A stretch of DNA of 32,000 nt from Erysipelothrix inopinata (GCF_014396165.1 NZ_CP060715.1:990001-1022000); one strand, 5' to 3'; counted from the first letter of the stretch, positions 24,219 to 31,910 are shown. Notes: generated from the sequence alone by a model not told the origin. Numbers and translations: made by a program.

Positions 24219-24304
24219 TGCCTGCGCGCTAGTTTTGATTAAAGGGATGCAGAGACTACTTAATTGTTGTATCCCCACAGTATCCCCATAGGAACTTTGG
24301 CAAT

Positions 24305-24326
24305 AAAAAACCCTCTGTTAAGAGGG
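24305..24326 (-). terminator. Rho-independent terminator downstream of tRNA-Lys
   Basis: CCCTCT (24311-24316), loop GTTA, AGAGGG (24321-24326). An A6 run at 24305-24310 gives a T6 tail on the minus strand. Confidence 0.65.
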
Positions 24327-24338
24327 TGTAATATTCAA

Positions 24339-24414
24339 TGGTGCTCCGACACGGGCTCGAACCGTGGACCCACTGATTAAGAGTCAGTTGCTCTGCCGAC
24401 TGAGCTATCGGAGC
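24339..24414 (-). tRNA. tRNA-Lys (anticodon CUU)
   Basis: The reverse complement is GCTCCGA-TA-GCTC-AGTCGGCA-GAGC-A-ACTGA-CTCTTAA-TCAGT-GGGTC-CACGG-TTCGAGC-CCGTG-TCGGAGC-ACCA. This folds by hand into a 76-nt cloverleaf (7/4/5/5-bp stems). It has a GTTCGA T-loop, an encoded CCA and anticodon loop CT-CTT-AA. Confidence 0.93.
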
Positions 24415-24424
24415 GTGCTAATAT

Positions 24425-24452
24425 ATTATAACGCTATCAAAAAATAATACAA
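24425..24452 (-). promoter_or_regulatory. Candidate promoter of tRNA-Lys
   Basis: On the minus strand: TTGTAT (24447-24452), a 16-nt spacer, then TATAAT (24425-24430). The -10 box ends 10 nt before the mature tRNA 5' end. Confidence 0.5.
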
Positions 24453-24563
24453 TCATTTTTTAGAAAAAAGATAAAAAATATAAGAATGGAATACCGATAC
24501 TTTTAAGCCTAATTAAAGCGATAAAAACAACTATGTGAAACTAAGGATATCACCGGTTGAAGC

Positions 24564-24592
24564 TTGCGAGTGTTTGGGAGATGACTTATAAT
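24564..24592 (+). promoter_or_regulatory. Sigma-A type promoter of the TrxR-like/HAD operon
   Basis: TTGCGA (24564-24569), a 17-nt spacer, then TATAAT (24587-24592). A GGGAG RBS and ATG 24617 follow. Confidence 0.6.
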
Positions 24593-24616
24593 TACTAACA
24601 GTTAAGGGAGACAATT

Positions 24617-25492
24617 ATGATAGAAACAGATGCATTAATCATTGGTAAAGGTCCTGCAGGAATTCAGGCTTCTGTATATCTTAAACGGGGAAATGTAGAT
24701 CCAATTGTTATTGGTAAAGGCTATGGTGCGAGTGAGCAAGCGGAAGTTATTGATAACTTCTATGGGTTTACTTCAATTGGTGGTGTTGAATTGATTGAAA
24801 GAGGTATTGAACAAGCCCGATCACTTGGAATCGATGTTGTGGATGATGAAGTGACATCTATATCTTTTGATGGTGAGGGTTATGTTGTTACTACAATTAA
24901 TGAAGAGTATCGCGCGATGTCTTTGATGTTAGCCACTGGTTCTCATCGTAATGTACCTCGTATTCGTAAAATTAGGAATTATGCTGGGAAAGGTGTTTCT
25001 TATTGTGCTGTCTGTGACGCATTTTTCTATAGAAACAAAACAGTTGCTGTAGTAGGTAGTGCTGAGTATGCAGCACATGAAGCTTCTGAACTTGTGGAAA
25101 TTGTTGATAAAGTATATGTCCTTACAAATGGTGAAGCTCTCAGCGGTACCTTTGATGAACGTTGTGTTATCATTGATAAGAAAGTGAAATCAGTTTATGG
25201 CAATGAAAAGGTTGAAGGTGTTGAATTTGAAGATCAATCAACACTTGAACTCGAAGGTCTTTTTGTTGCGATTGGTTCTGCAACAAGTACAGACCTTGCA
25301 AACAAGCTCGGTGTGTATGTTGAAAATGGACGTATTGTTGTGAATGCGGAAATGGAAACAAATTTACCCGGACTCTATGCAGCAGGAGATTGTACACCTG
25401 GCGTTCAACAGATTGCGAGAGCAGTATCTGATGGTTGTGTTGGGGGCATGAACATGATTAGCTATATTCGAAATAAGAAGCGAGGAAAGTAA
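24617..25492 (+). CDS. Low-Mr thioredoxin-reductase-like flavoprotein (CxxC present, NADPH-binding signatures absent)
   Basis: 291 aa. FAD motif IIGKGPAG. Redox-active C130-A-V-C133-D is encoded at 25004-25015. The C-terminal FAD motif is GLYAAGDC. The expected GGGDSAxEEA and HRRxxxR positions read VGSAEYAAHEA and LTNGEAL. Confidence 0.75.
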   Translation: MIETDALIIGKGPAGIQASVYLKRGNVDPIVIGKGYGASEQAEVIDNFYGFTSIGGVELIERGIEQARSLGIDVVDDEVTSISFDGEGYVVTTINEEYRAMSLMLATGSHRNVPRIRKIRNYAGKGVSYCAVCDAFFYRNKTVAVVGSAEYAAHEASELVEIVDKVYVLTNGEALSGTFDERCVIIDKKVKSVYGNEKVEGVEFEDQSTLELEGLFVAIGSATSTDLANKLGVYVENGRIVVNAEMETNLPGLYAAGDCTPGVQQIARAVSDGCVGGMNMISYIRNKKRGK

Positions 25493-26259
25493 TGAAATTA
25501 TTTGCAAGTGATTATGATGGAACGTTATTTAAAGATCGTATTATTAGAGAAGATGATTTACACTCAATTCGAAAATTTAGAGAACAAGGTCATAAGTTTG
25601 GCTTAGTATCAGGAAGATCTATCGATTCATTAAAAACAGAAATTGAAAAACATGATATTCCTGTTGACTTCATAGTAGGAATCAATGGTGGTGCTGTTGA
25701 AACGGGTGAAGGAGAACAACTTTTCATTAGAATGATGGAAACTGACATCGCTCATGAATTGATTGAAGCAGTGGAAAACTTCGGAGTCAAGTTTTATGGT
25801 GCTAACGATGGATATCGTCTAAGTCGCGTCTATTGTAGTGATGATGTGGATGATTGTTTCAAGCCTAATATTAATTTAGTACCTATGGATATCATGCTTG
25901 ATGAAGGTGTGAGTGCTATGTATGTGTGGGTAGGTGATGAAGATCGTGCCCAAACACTCGCAAATATGATTACAGAGCAATATGGTGATCGAGGTATTAT
26001 TGCGTATCCTAATGTACACTCTGTAGATATTGGTATTAAAGGTATTAGCAAATCAACAGGTTTAGAGATGATTATTGACCATTATAATGTTGATGACACT
26101 GTTTATACTATTGGAGATAGCTTCAATGACGTACCTATGATTAAAGATTTCCATGGGTTTGTAATGGAAAATGGTGTTGATGAAGTGAAGGCATATGGTA
26201 AAGCAGTTCATGAAACTGTTGGATATGCACTCAATGCAGTCTTAAAAGACATTCAATAA
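25492..26259 (+). CDS. HAD-IIB (Cof-type) phosphatase
   Basis: The ATG overlaps the upstream stop codon (TAATG). Motif I is FASDYDGTL, and the motif III/IV region is GDSFNDVPM. 255 aa. Confidence 0.8.
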   Translation: MKLFASDYDGTLFKDRIIREDDLHSIRKFREQGHKFGLVSGRSIDSLKTEIEKHDIPVDFIVGINGGAVETGEGEQLFIRMMETDIAHELIEAVENFGVKFYGANDGYRLSRVYCSDDVDDCFKPNINLVPMDIMLDEGVSAMYVWVGDEDRAQTLANMITEQYGDRGIIAYPNVHSVDIGIKGISKSTGLEMIIDHYNVDDTVYTIGDSFNDVPMIKDFHGFVMENGVDEVKAYGKAVHETVGYALNAVLKDIQ

Positions 26260-26284
26260 ACAAGCGCAAATGCTTGTTTTTTGA
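26258..26284 (+). terminator. Rho-independent terminator
   Basis: AAACAAGC (26258-26265), loop GCAAAT, GCTTGTTT (26272-26279), within a T6 tail. Confidence 0.75.
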
Positions 26285-26313
26285 TATGATAGAACTATAA
26301 AGAAGGTGAACAA

Positions 26314-26649
26314 ATGGAACTTCATGAACTGAATCAAGATGAAATTACACAACTTGAAGAAAAGCTACTCGATGAAGATGAGTATCGTGACTTAGCAATG
26401 TTATTTAAAATGTTTGCAGATCCTACCCGTTTAAGAATATTCACGGTGTTATCCGAAAAAACAGTGTGTGTAGATGACTTAAAAGAAATTTTAGGAATGT
26501 CGCAATCTGCAATTTCTCATCAACTTTCTTCACTCCGTAAAATGAATCTTGTGAAGAGTCATAAGGTTGGTAAGAATTCGTATTATTCGCTAAGTGATGA
26601 TCATGTTATGGAAATATTTAAGCAAGCATTGACTCACGTGAATGAGTAA
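26314..26649 (+). CDS. ArsR/SmtB family metalloregulatory transcriptional repressor
   Basis: 111 aa. FKMFADPTRLRIFTVLSEKTVCVDDLKEILGMSQSAISHQLSSLRKMNLV is the canonical ArsR wHTH, including the CV(D)D region. Confidence 0.85.
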   Translation: MELHELNQDEITQLEEKLLDEDEYRDLAMLFKMFADPTRLRIFTVLSEKTVCVDDLKEILGMSQSAISHQLSSLRKMNLVKSHKVGKNSYYSLSDDHVMEIFKQALTHVNE

Positions 26650-26739
26650 GTTGTAAAACTATTTCATGAAAACAAAACTCTATTTACATTTTATGTTACA
26701 AAAGGTATAATACATATCTAGAAGAGATAGGATGATGGT

Positions 26740-27114
26740 ATGCAAGACTTATTAAATAACGGTTATTTCTGGCAAAAAATTGACTCACTTGTTTTATCTA
26801 CAAATGTTGTTATTTCACAAAAAAAGGGATCACACCATCCTAAGTATATGAATATGGTCTACCCTGTGGATTATGGATATTTGTCAGATACTGATCAAAT
26901 TAAAGTATTCAAAGGCAGTATAAAAAGCTCAAGTATCGCAGCTGTAATGTTAGTTGCTGATATCCTAAAACGTGATTTAGAAGTAAAACTCTTGTGGGGT
27001 TGTACAGAAGAAGAAGAAATTGAAATTCTTCAATTCATCAATCAAACAGACTATCAAAAAGGAATCCTTGTACGTCGTGGTAATGAAATGCCAGACTGGG
27101 CTCTTACTGACTAA
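26740..27114 (+). CDS. Hypothetical protein with a family-I inorganic-pyrophosphatase-like YPVDYGYL motif
   Basis: 124 aa. HHPKYMNMVYPVDYGYLSDTD resembles the YP.NYG[FY]I core motif of soluble PPases. The protein is much shorter, and I cannot see the Asp-rich metal site. A strong terminator follows. Confidence 0.4.
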   Translation: MQDLLNNGYFWQKIDSLVLSTNVVISQKKGSHHPKYMNMVYPVDYGYLSDTDQIKVFKGSIKSSSIAAVMLVADILKRDLEVKLLWGCTEEEEIEILQFINQTDYQKGILVRRGNEMPDWALTD

Positions 27115-27146
27115 ATTGATTGTTTAAAATACAAATGATAATTATT

Positions 27147-27190
27147 AAAAATACCGAGATCTTAGATTTAAAAGATCTCGGTATTTTTTT
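27147..27190. terminator. Bidirectional rho-independent terminator
   Basis: Perfect 13-bp arms ATACCGAGATCTT (27151-27163) and AAGATCTCGGTAT (27172-27184), flanked by A4 and T7. Confidence 0.85.
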
Positions 27191-27521
27191 ATCGACATAA
27201 TACTGTTTCAAGTAAAGCAGGATCGGTATTTTCTAATCCCCAGTCGCAGATAGCATCCAAAATAGGAATCAAGGTTTGTCCTTTTGAAGAGAGCTCGTAG
27301 TCTACATGTGGCGGAACGGTTGGGTGGACGGTTCGTATTATTAATCCATCACGCTCAAGTTCGCGAAGTTGAACCGTAAGAGTTTTACTCGAGATATCAC
27401 CTATCGTAGTTTGGAGTGCATTAAATCGAACAATTTTATTTTCATATAATTCGTAGAGAATGACTGTTTTCCATTTTCCTTGGATGCATTGTAGTGTTGC
27501 ATCGAATTCATTAAGATACAT
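27189..27521 (-). CDS. HxlR family winged-helix transcriptional regulator
   Basis: 110 aa. IQGKWKTVILYELYENKIVRFNALQTTIGDISSKTLTVQLRELERDGLIIRTVHPTVPPHVDYELSSKG is a textbook HxlR pattern. It is divergent from an SDR gene, which is the usual pairing. Confidence 0.88.
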   Translation of the reverse strand: MYLNEFDATLQCIQGKWKTVILYELYENKIVRFNALQTTIGDISSKTLTVQLRELERDGLIIRTVHPTVPPHVDYELSSKGQTLIPILDAICDWGLENTDPALLETVLCR

Positions 27522-27620
27522 AAAATGGCTCCTTTACTTACCTTTAGGTTACTGACTTACATAAATGTGCGTACTATTAATATGATTATTAAAATTATAC
27601 ACTAATTTTAGAAAGAAGGT

Positions 27621-28352
27621 ATGTATATGAAATCAGGATTAGTAGTTATTACAGGAGCAAGTTCAGGATTTGGAATGGAAATAGCTAAGAAATTTCATTC
27701 CGAAGGGAACCCGTTATTATTACTCGCTCGACGTCTTGAGCCGATGGAGGCACTTGGGTTTGATAATGTTATGATTCGAAGTGTTGATGTGACATGTGCT
27801 GATCAAGTACGGAATGCGGTTGTGGAAGCTGAAGAGGTTTATGGACCCGTTCAATTGTTAGTCAATAATGCAGGGGTTATGCAATTGGGTAACTTGTGGG
27901 ATCAAGATCCCCATGAATGGGAGACTATGATGAATGTGAACGTAGGTGGCGTTTTAAATGGAATAAGAGCTGTCATTAATGGCATGATTGAAAGAGAAGA
28001 AGGAACAATCATTAATATCTCTTCCATTGCAGGATTTAAGACATTTACAAATCACGCGGTATATAGTGCTACAAAATTTGGTGTTCATGCATTGACTGAG
28101 ACATTAAGAAACGAAGTTTCTGGATCAAATATACGTGTGCTTCTTGTTTCTCCGGGTGCTGCAGAAACTGAATTATTGTCACATACTACCGATAAAGAAA
28201 TCAAAGATGGTTATGAAAAATGGAAGGAAACGATGGGTGGAAAATCCATGGATCCAAAGTATGTAGCCGAAGTAGTGTCTATGATGGCTAATATGCCACA
28301 AGAAGTATCAATCCGTGAAGTCGTCATTGCTCCTACAAAGCAAGATAACTAA
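27621..28352 (+). CDS. Short-chain dehydrogenase/reductase (SDR) family oxidoreductase
   Basis: Cofactor motif TGASSGFG, then NNAG, and the catalytic S...YSATK. About 243 aa; ATG 27627 is an alternative start. Confidence 0.88.
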   Translation: MYMKSGLVVITGASSGFGMEIAKKFHSEGNPLLLLARRLEPMEALGFDNVMIRSVDVTCADQVRNAVVEAEEVYGPVQLLVNNAGVMQLGNLWDQDPHEWETMMNVNVGGVLNGIRAVINGMIEREEGTIINISSIAGFKTFTNHAVYSATKFGVHALTETLRNEVSGSNIRVLLVSPGAAETELLSHTTDKEIKDGYEKWKETMGGKSMDPKYVAEVVSMMANMPQEVSIREVVIAPTKQDN

Positions 28353-28374
28353 TTGATTTTACCTCATAATTAAA

Positions 28375-28408
28375 AAAGCTAGAGAACTATCCTAAGTTTT
28401 CTAGCTTT
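28375..28408. terminator. Probable bidirectional terminator between convergent SDR and HAD genes
   Basis: AAAGCTAGA (28375-28383) pairs with TCTAGCTTT (28400-28408). The loop is 16 nt, with A-rich and T-rich flanks. The large loop lowers confidence. Confidence 0.5.
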
Positions 28409-28416
28409 ATTTCTAT

Positions 28417-29220
28417 TTATTTAAAAAGCGTGTTGATTGCGTGAGCAATACCATCGTCAAGAATATCATGGGTCACAAAGTCAGCACATTCCTTTACATG
28501 CTCAGGTGCATTCCCCATTGCGACACCAATAGCAGCTTTTTCAAGCATTTCCATATCATTGGCTGCATCACCGAAAGTAATGACTTCATTCCAAGTCAAG
28601 TTAAGCTGTCCAAGAACTTCTTCAATGCCGGAAATCTTTCCAGCTCGTTTTGAGTAGATATCATACGCATCAGCATAAGCTTTTGCATAGAATCCATCGG
28701 GTGAAAGAGGGTGTGATGCTTCAATTGTAGCTTCATCACCCATTAAGAATAAGCCCATAGGAACTTCATCTCCCTCAGGAATAAATTTTAAATTTGTTTT
28801 ATCATCAAGAATATCAAGTTTGGGAGATCCTTGCATATAGACGGTTTGAAATACATTCATGTCATTCACGATTTCCATACTCTGTTGCATTTTCATTCCT
28901 AGACCTAAATTATGTTCAAGTGAGTAAGTAATCATAGCATTTACTTCGTCACGAATCATTGGGACACTAAAGATAACATTGTGGTCTTTGTTATAAACAC
29001 ATGCTCCGTTAATGGTGACATAGTAATTTGGTTGAATGGTTTCGTGAATGTCATCATGAATAAAATAAAAGGCTCTTCCTGTAGCAATCATGACTTCAAT
29101 TCCGGATGCTTTGAGTTTGTTTATTGCTTTCACGGCACTGGGTTCTACAGTGATTTTTCCGCGCTTAATGAGTGTGTCGTCGATATCAAATATCGCGAGT
29201 TTGATGTTTTCTGTTTTCAT
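28417..29220 (-). CDS. HAD-IIB (Cof-type) phosphatase
   Basis: Motif I is LAIFDIDDTL, and the late motif is GDAANDMEML. I favour ATG 29220 (MKTENIK...) or 29229 over the track's 29280. The 29230-29303 stretch carries the -10 boxes of both divergent promoters. Confidence 0.8.
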   Translation of the reverse strand: MKTENIKLAIFDIDDTLIKRGKITVEPSAVKAINKLKASGIEVMIATGRAFYFIHDDIHETIQPNYYVTINGACVYNKDHNVIFSVPMIRDEVNAMITYSLEHNLGLGMKMQQSMEIVNDMNVFQTVYMQGSPKLDILDDKTNLKFIPEGDEVPMGLFLMGDEATIEASHPLSPDGFYAKAYADAYDIYSKRAGKISGIEEVLGQLNLTWNEVITFGDAANDMEMLEKAAIGVAMGNAPEHVKECADFVTHDILDDGIAHAINTLFK

Positions 29221-29267
29221 AATTAACATTTTAGCATATTTTCCTAGAAGTTTAGTGATGTTTTCTG

Positions 29268-29273
29268 TATAAT
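29268..29273 (+). promoter_or_regulatory. -10 box (TATAAT) of the guaB promoter
   Basis: TATAAT lies 31 nt upstream of ATG 29304. No convincing -35 was found. A minus-strand extended -10 (TGcTATATT, 29271-29279) overlaps it. Confidence 0.4.
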
Positions 29274-29303
29274 ATAGCATAAGATTTAAGGAGGATAGAT
29301 TTT

Positions 29304-30437
29304 ATGAATGGTAAAGTGATTAAAGAAGCATATACATTTGATGATTTACTTTTGGTACCTGCTAAGTCGCAAATAGTTCCTGCACAAGTGAACTTAAAGA
29401 CACGCTTAACAGACAAAATTACATTGAATATTCCAATTGTATCAGCGGCAATGGATACGGTAACTGAGGATGCCATGGCTATTATGTTAGCAAAACTTGG
29501 TGGTATGGGATTTGTTCATAAGAACATGCCTGTTGAGGATCAGGCACAAATGGTTCGTAATGTAAAAGAGGCAGCAAGTGATGTTGAGAATTACGCTGAT
29601 GCAAACATCGATGGACAAGGACGTTTACGTGTTGGTGCAGCTGTAGGCGTAGGACAAGCGTCTCTTGATCGTGTTAGAGCACTTGTAGAAGCAGGTGTGG
29701 ACATTGTTGCAGTAGATAGTGCTCACGGCCATTCTGAGGGTGTTATTGAGACTGTTAAAGCAATCCGTCAAGAATTCCAAGACTTAGATATTGTTGGTGG
29801 TAATATTGTTACAGCTCAAGGGGCAACCGATTTAATCTATGCTGGTGCTAATGTTATTAAAGTTGGAGTTGGTCCTGGATCAATTTGTACAACACGTGTT
29901 GTTGCAGGTGTTGGGGTTCCTCAATTAACTGCAGTTAATGATGTATACTCCGTAGCACGTCAATATGGTGTTGGTGTTATCGCTGATGGTGGTATTAAAC
30001 TGTCAGGTGATATCTCTAAAGCACTTGCTGCAGGAGCAGACTGTGTTATGTTGGGAGGACTCTTAGCAGGGAGTGAAGAAACTCCAGGGGAAGTACTCGA
30101 AGTCTTTGGTAAAAAAGTTAAAACTTATGTTGGTATGGGATCATTAAGTGCTATGCAACGTGGTTCTTCAGATCGTTATTTCCAAGGTGGTGTTAAGGAA
30201 CTTTCCAAACTTGTTCCTGAAGGAATTGAAGCTACAGTACCTTATAAAGGATCAATTAAAGATGTTATCTATCAAATGTTAGGTGGCGTTCGATCAGGGA
30301 TGGGATACTGTGGTTGTGCAACCATCGAAGAAATGCATTTAAAGGCACGATTTGTTAAGATTACAGGTGCGGGGCTTCAAGAAAGTCATCCTCATGATGT
30401 GGATAACGTAAAAGAAGCACCAAACTACAAACGATAG
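29304..30437 (+). CDS. guaB: IMP dehydrogenase lacking the CBS/Bateman subdomain
   Basis: [21 protein letters not shown] N-terminus ([11 protein letters not shown]), [11 protein letters not shown], catalytic-Cys loop [43 protein letters not shown] and C-terminal KEAPNYK are all present. It is 377 aa versus about 485-490 aa for typical IMPDH. The CBS pair is replaced by about 17 aa ([17 protein letters not shown], 29568-29618). Confidence 0.88.
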   Translation: MNGKVIKEAYTFDDLLLVPAKSQIVPAQVNLKTRLTDKITLNIPIVSAAMDTVTEDAMAIMLAKLGGMGFVHKNMPVEDQAQMVRNVKEAASDVENYADANIDGQGRLRVGAAVGVGQASLDRVRALVEAGVDIVAVDSAHGHSEGVIETVKAIRQEFQDLDIVGGNIVTAQGATDLIYAGANVIKVGVGPGSICTTRVVAGVGVPQLTAVNDVYSVARQYGVGVIADGGIKLSGDISKALAAGADCVMLGGLLAGSEETPGEVLEVFGKKVKTYVGMGSLSAMQRGSSDRYFQGGVKELSKLVPEGIEATVPYKGSIKDVIYQMLGGVRSGMGYCGCATIEEMHLKARFVKITGAGLQESHPHDVDNVKEAPNYKR

Positions 30438-30446
30438 GAGCCAATA

Positions 30447-31739
30447 ATGAAACAAGATAAAATTGTTGTAATAGATTTAGGAAGTACTGAAAACGCTGCA
30501 ATCGCACGTTTTATCCGCAAGCACCAAGTATACAGTGAAGTTTTACCGCATGATATTTCTCCTGCTACTTTGCTAGACAGAGAAAATGTCAAAGGTATTA
30601 TACTTAACGGGGGCATGAATCGTCTTGTTGACGGTGCAAATGTTACTATCGTTGATGAACTCTATAATTTGAATTTGCCAATCATTGCTATCGATTATCC
30701 AGAATCTAAAGCAGAAGTAAATTATGATGAGATTCCAAGCGACGATATCCTTGAAACATTCATTTTTGAAACTTGCAATGCTGATAAAGACTGGAATGTT
30801 GATAACTTTATCGCGGCAGAAGTAAAACGCATTCAAGATGAAGTAAAAGATAAGAAAGTATTGTTAGCATTATCAGGTGGCGTTGACTCATCTGTAGTTG
30901 CTGCATTGCTCATTAAAGCAATCGGAAAACAACTTGTTTGTGTTCATGTTAACCATGGTTTAATGCGTAAAGATGAATCAGAGGGCGTTATTGAAGTATT
31001 CAGTAAAGACCTTGGTGAAAACTTAATTTACGTTGATGCGTCAGAGCGTTTCTTAACAAAATTAGAAAATGTTGCAGATCCGGAACAAAAACGTAAAATT
31101 ATTGGTAATGAATTTATTGAAGTCTTTAACGAAGAAGCACGCAAGCTTGACGGTATTGATTATCTTGCGCAAGGAACAATCTACTCAGATGTTATCGAAA
31201 GTGGTACAAAAACTTCAAAAGGTGTTAAATCTCATCATAACGTCGGCGGGCTTCCTGAAGATTTACAATTTAAACTAATTGAACCTATGGCTCAACTCTT
31301 TAAAGATGAGGTTCGTGAATGTGGATTAGCTCTTGGGCTTCCTGAAGATATGGTGTTCAGACAACCATTCCCAGGACCTGGACTTGGTGTACGTACACTT
31401 GGTGCAATCACCCGCGATCGTCTTCATGCAGTTCGTGAAGCAGATGCAATTCTTCGTGAAGAGTTTGCAAATGCAGGACTAAATAAAAAAGTATGGCAAT
31501 ACTTTACAGTTATTCCAAACTTTAAATCTGTTGGAGTAAAAGATGGCCATCGAACATTTGATTACCCAATCATTATTCGTGCTGTTAATACAGTAGATGC
31601 AATGACTGCAACAATCGAACCCATTGATTATGAAATATTAAATATCATTGTTAATCGTATTCTTGCAGAAGTTGAAGGCGTTAATCGTGTACTTTACGAT
31701 TTATCACCAAAACCAATCGCAACCATTGAATGGGAATAA
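30447..31739 (+). CDS. guaA: GMP synthase: intact ATP-pyrophosphatase/dimerisation domains, truncated and catalytically degenerate glutamine-amidotransferase domain
   Basis: P-loop LALSGGVDSSV, then KRKIIGNEFI, SHHNVGGLPE, FRQPFPGPGLGVR and the C-terminal IATIEWE are all present. The N-terminal about 115 aa aligns only to the first half of a class-I GATase. Asp83 (GAT 30693-30695, AIDYPES) replaces the nucleophile Cys (G[IV]CYGMQ). The His/Glu-bearing half is absent. 430 aa versus about 513-525 aa for typical GuaA. Confidence 0.85.
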   Translation: MKQDKIVVIDLGSTENAAIARFIRKHQVYSEVLPHDISPATLLDRENVKGIILNGGMNRLVDGANVTIVDELYNLNLPIIAIDYPESKAEVNYDEIPSDDILETFIFETCNADKDWNVDNFIAAEVKRIQDEVKDKKVLLALSGGVDSSVVAALLIKAIGKQLVCVHVNHGLMRKDESEGVIEVFSKDLGENLIYVDASERFLTKLENVADPEQKRKIIGNEFIEVFNEEARKLDGIDYLAQGTIYSDVIESGTKTSKGVKSHHNVGGLPEDLQFKLIEPMAQLFKDEVRECGLALGLPEDMVFRQPFPGPGLGVRTLGAITRDRLHAVREADAILREEFANAGLNKKVWQYFTVIPNFKSVGVKDGHRTFDYPIIIRAVNTVDAMTATIEPIDYEILNIIVNRILAEVEGVNRVLYDLSPKPIATIEWE

Positions 31740-31750
31740 TATTTTGCTTA

Positions 31751-31787
31751 AAGGTAAGTTCTTTGAAGAAAGAACTTACCTTTTTTT
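31751..31787 (+). terminator. Rho-independent terminator after guaA
   Basis: Perfect 14-bp arms AAGGTAAGTTCTTT (31751-31764) and AAAGAACTTACCTT (31769-31782) with loop GAAG. A T7 tail follows. Confidence 0.9.
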
Positions 31788-31866
31788 GAGAATGAATGAT
31801 AATAGTAACTATATATCTGAGAAGAGTAAAGTATGAAAGGTTGAAATTATATTTAAAATATATAAA

Positions 31867-31875
31867 TGGTATAAT
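31867..31875 (+). promoter_or_regulatory. Extended -10 promoter element TGgTATAAT
   Basis: Read directly. It lies about 36 nt upstream of the GTG at 31911. Confidence 0.45.
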
Positions 31876-31910
31876 ATAAACATCAACAATTAAATCTAGG
31901 GGGGATTCTA

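Noticed and set aside
16353-24414. Calling the whole ridA-to-tRNA-Lys interval an integrated mobile element or genomic island.
   Set aside because: No integrase, recombinase or transposase is present, and I found no direct repeat of the tRNA 3' end by eye. Only the compositional hint and the accessory gene content support the idea, so I reported it as low-interest leads rather than as a mobile_element feature.
28441-29476. Several plus- and minus-strand ORFs overlapping the HAD gene and the guaB 5' end (28441-28653, 28981-29226, 29090-29272, 29252-29476).
   Set aside because: They are out of frame or antisense to genes with clear HAD and IMPDH motifs. The 29252-29476 ORF would run through the guaB promoter and RBS.
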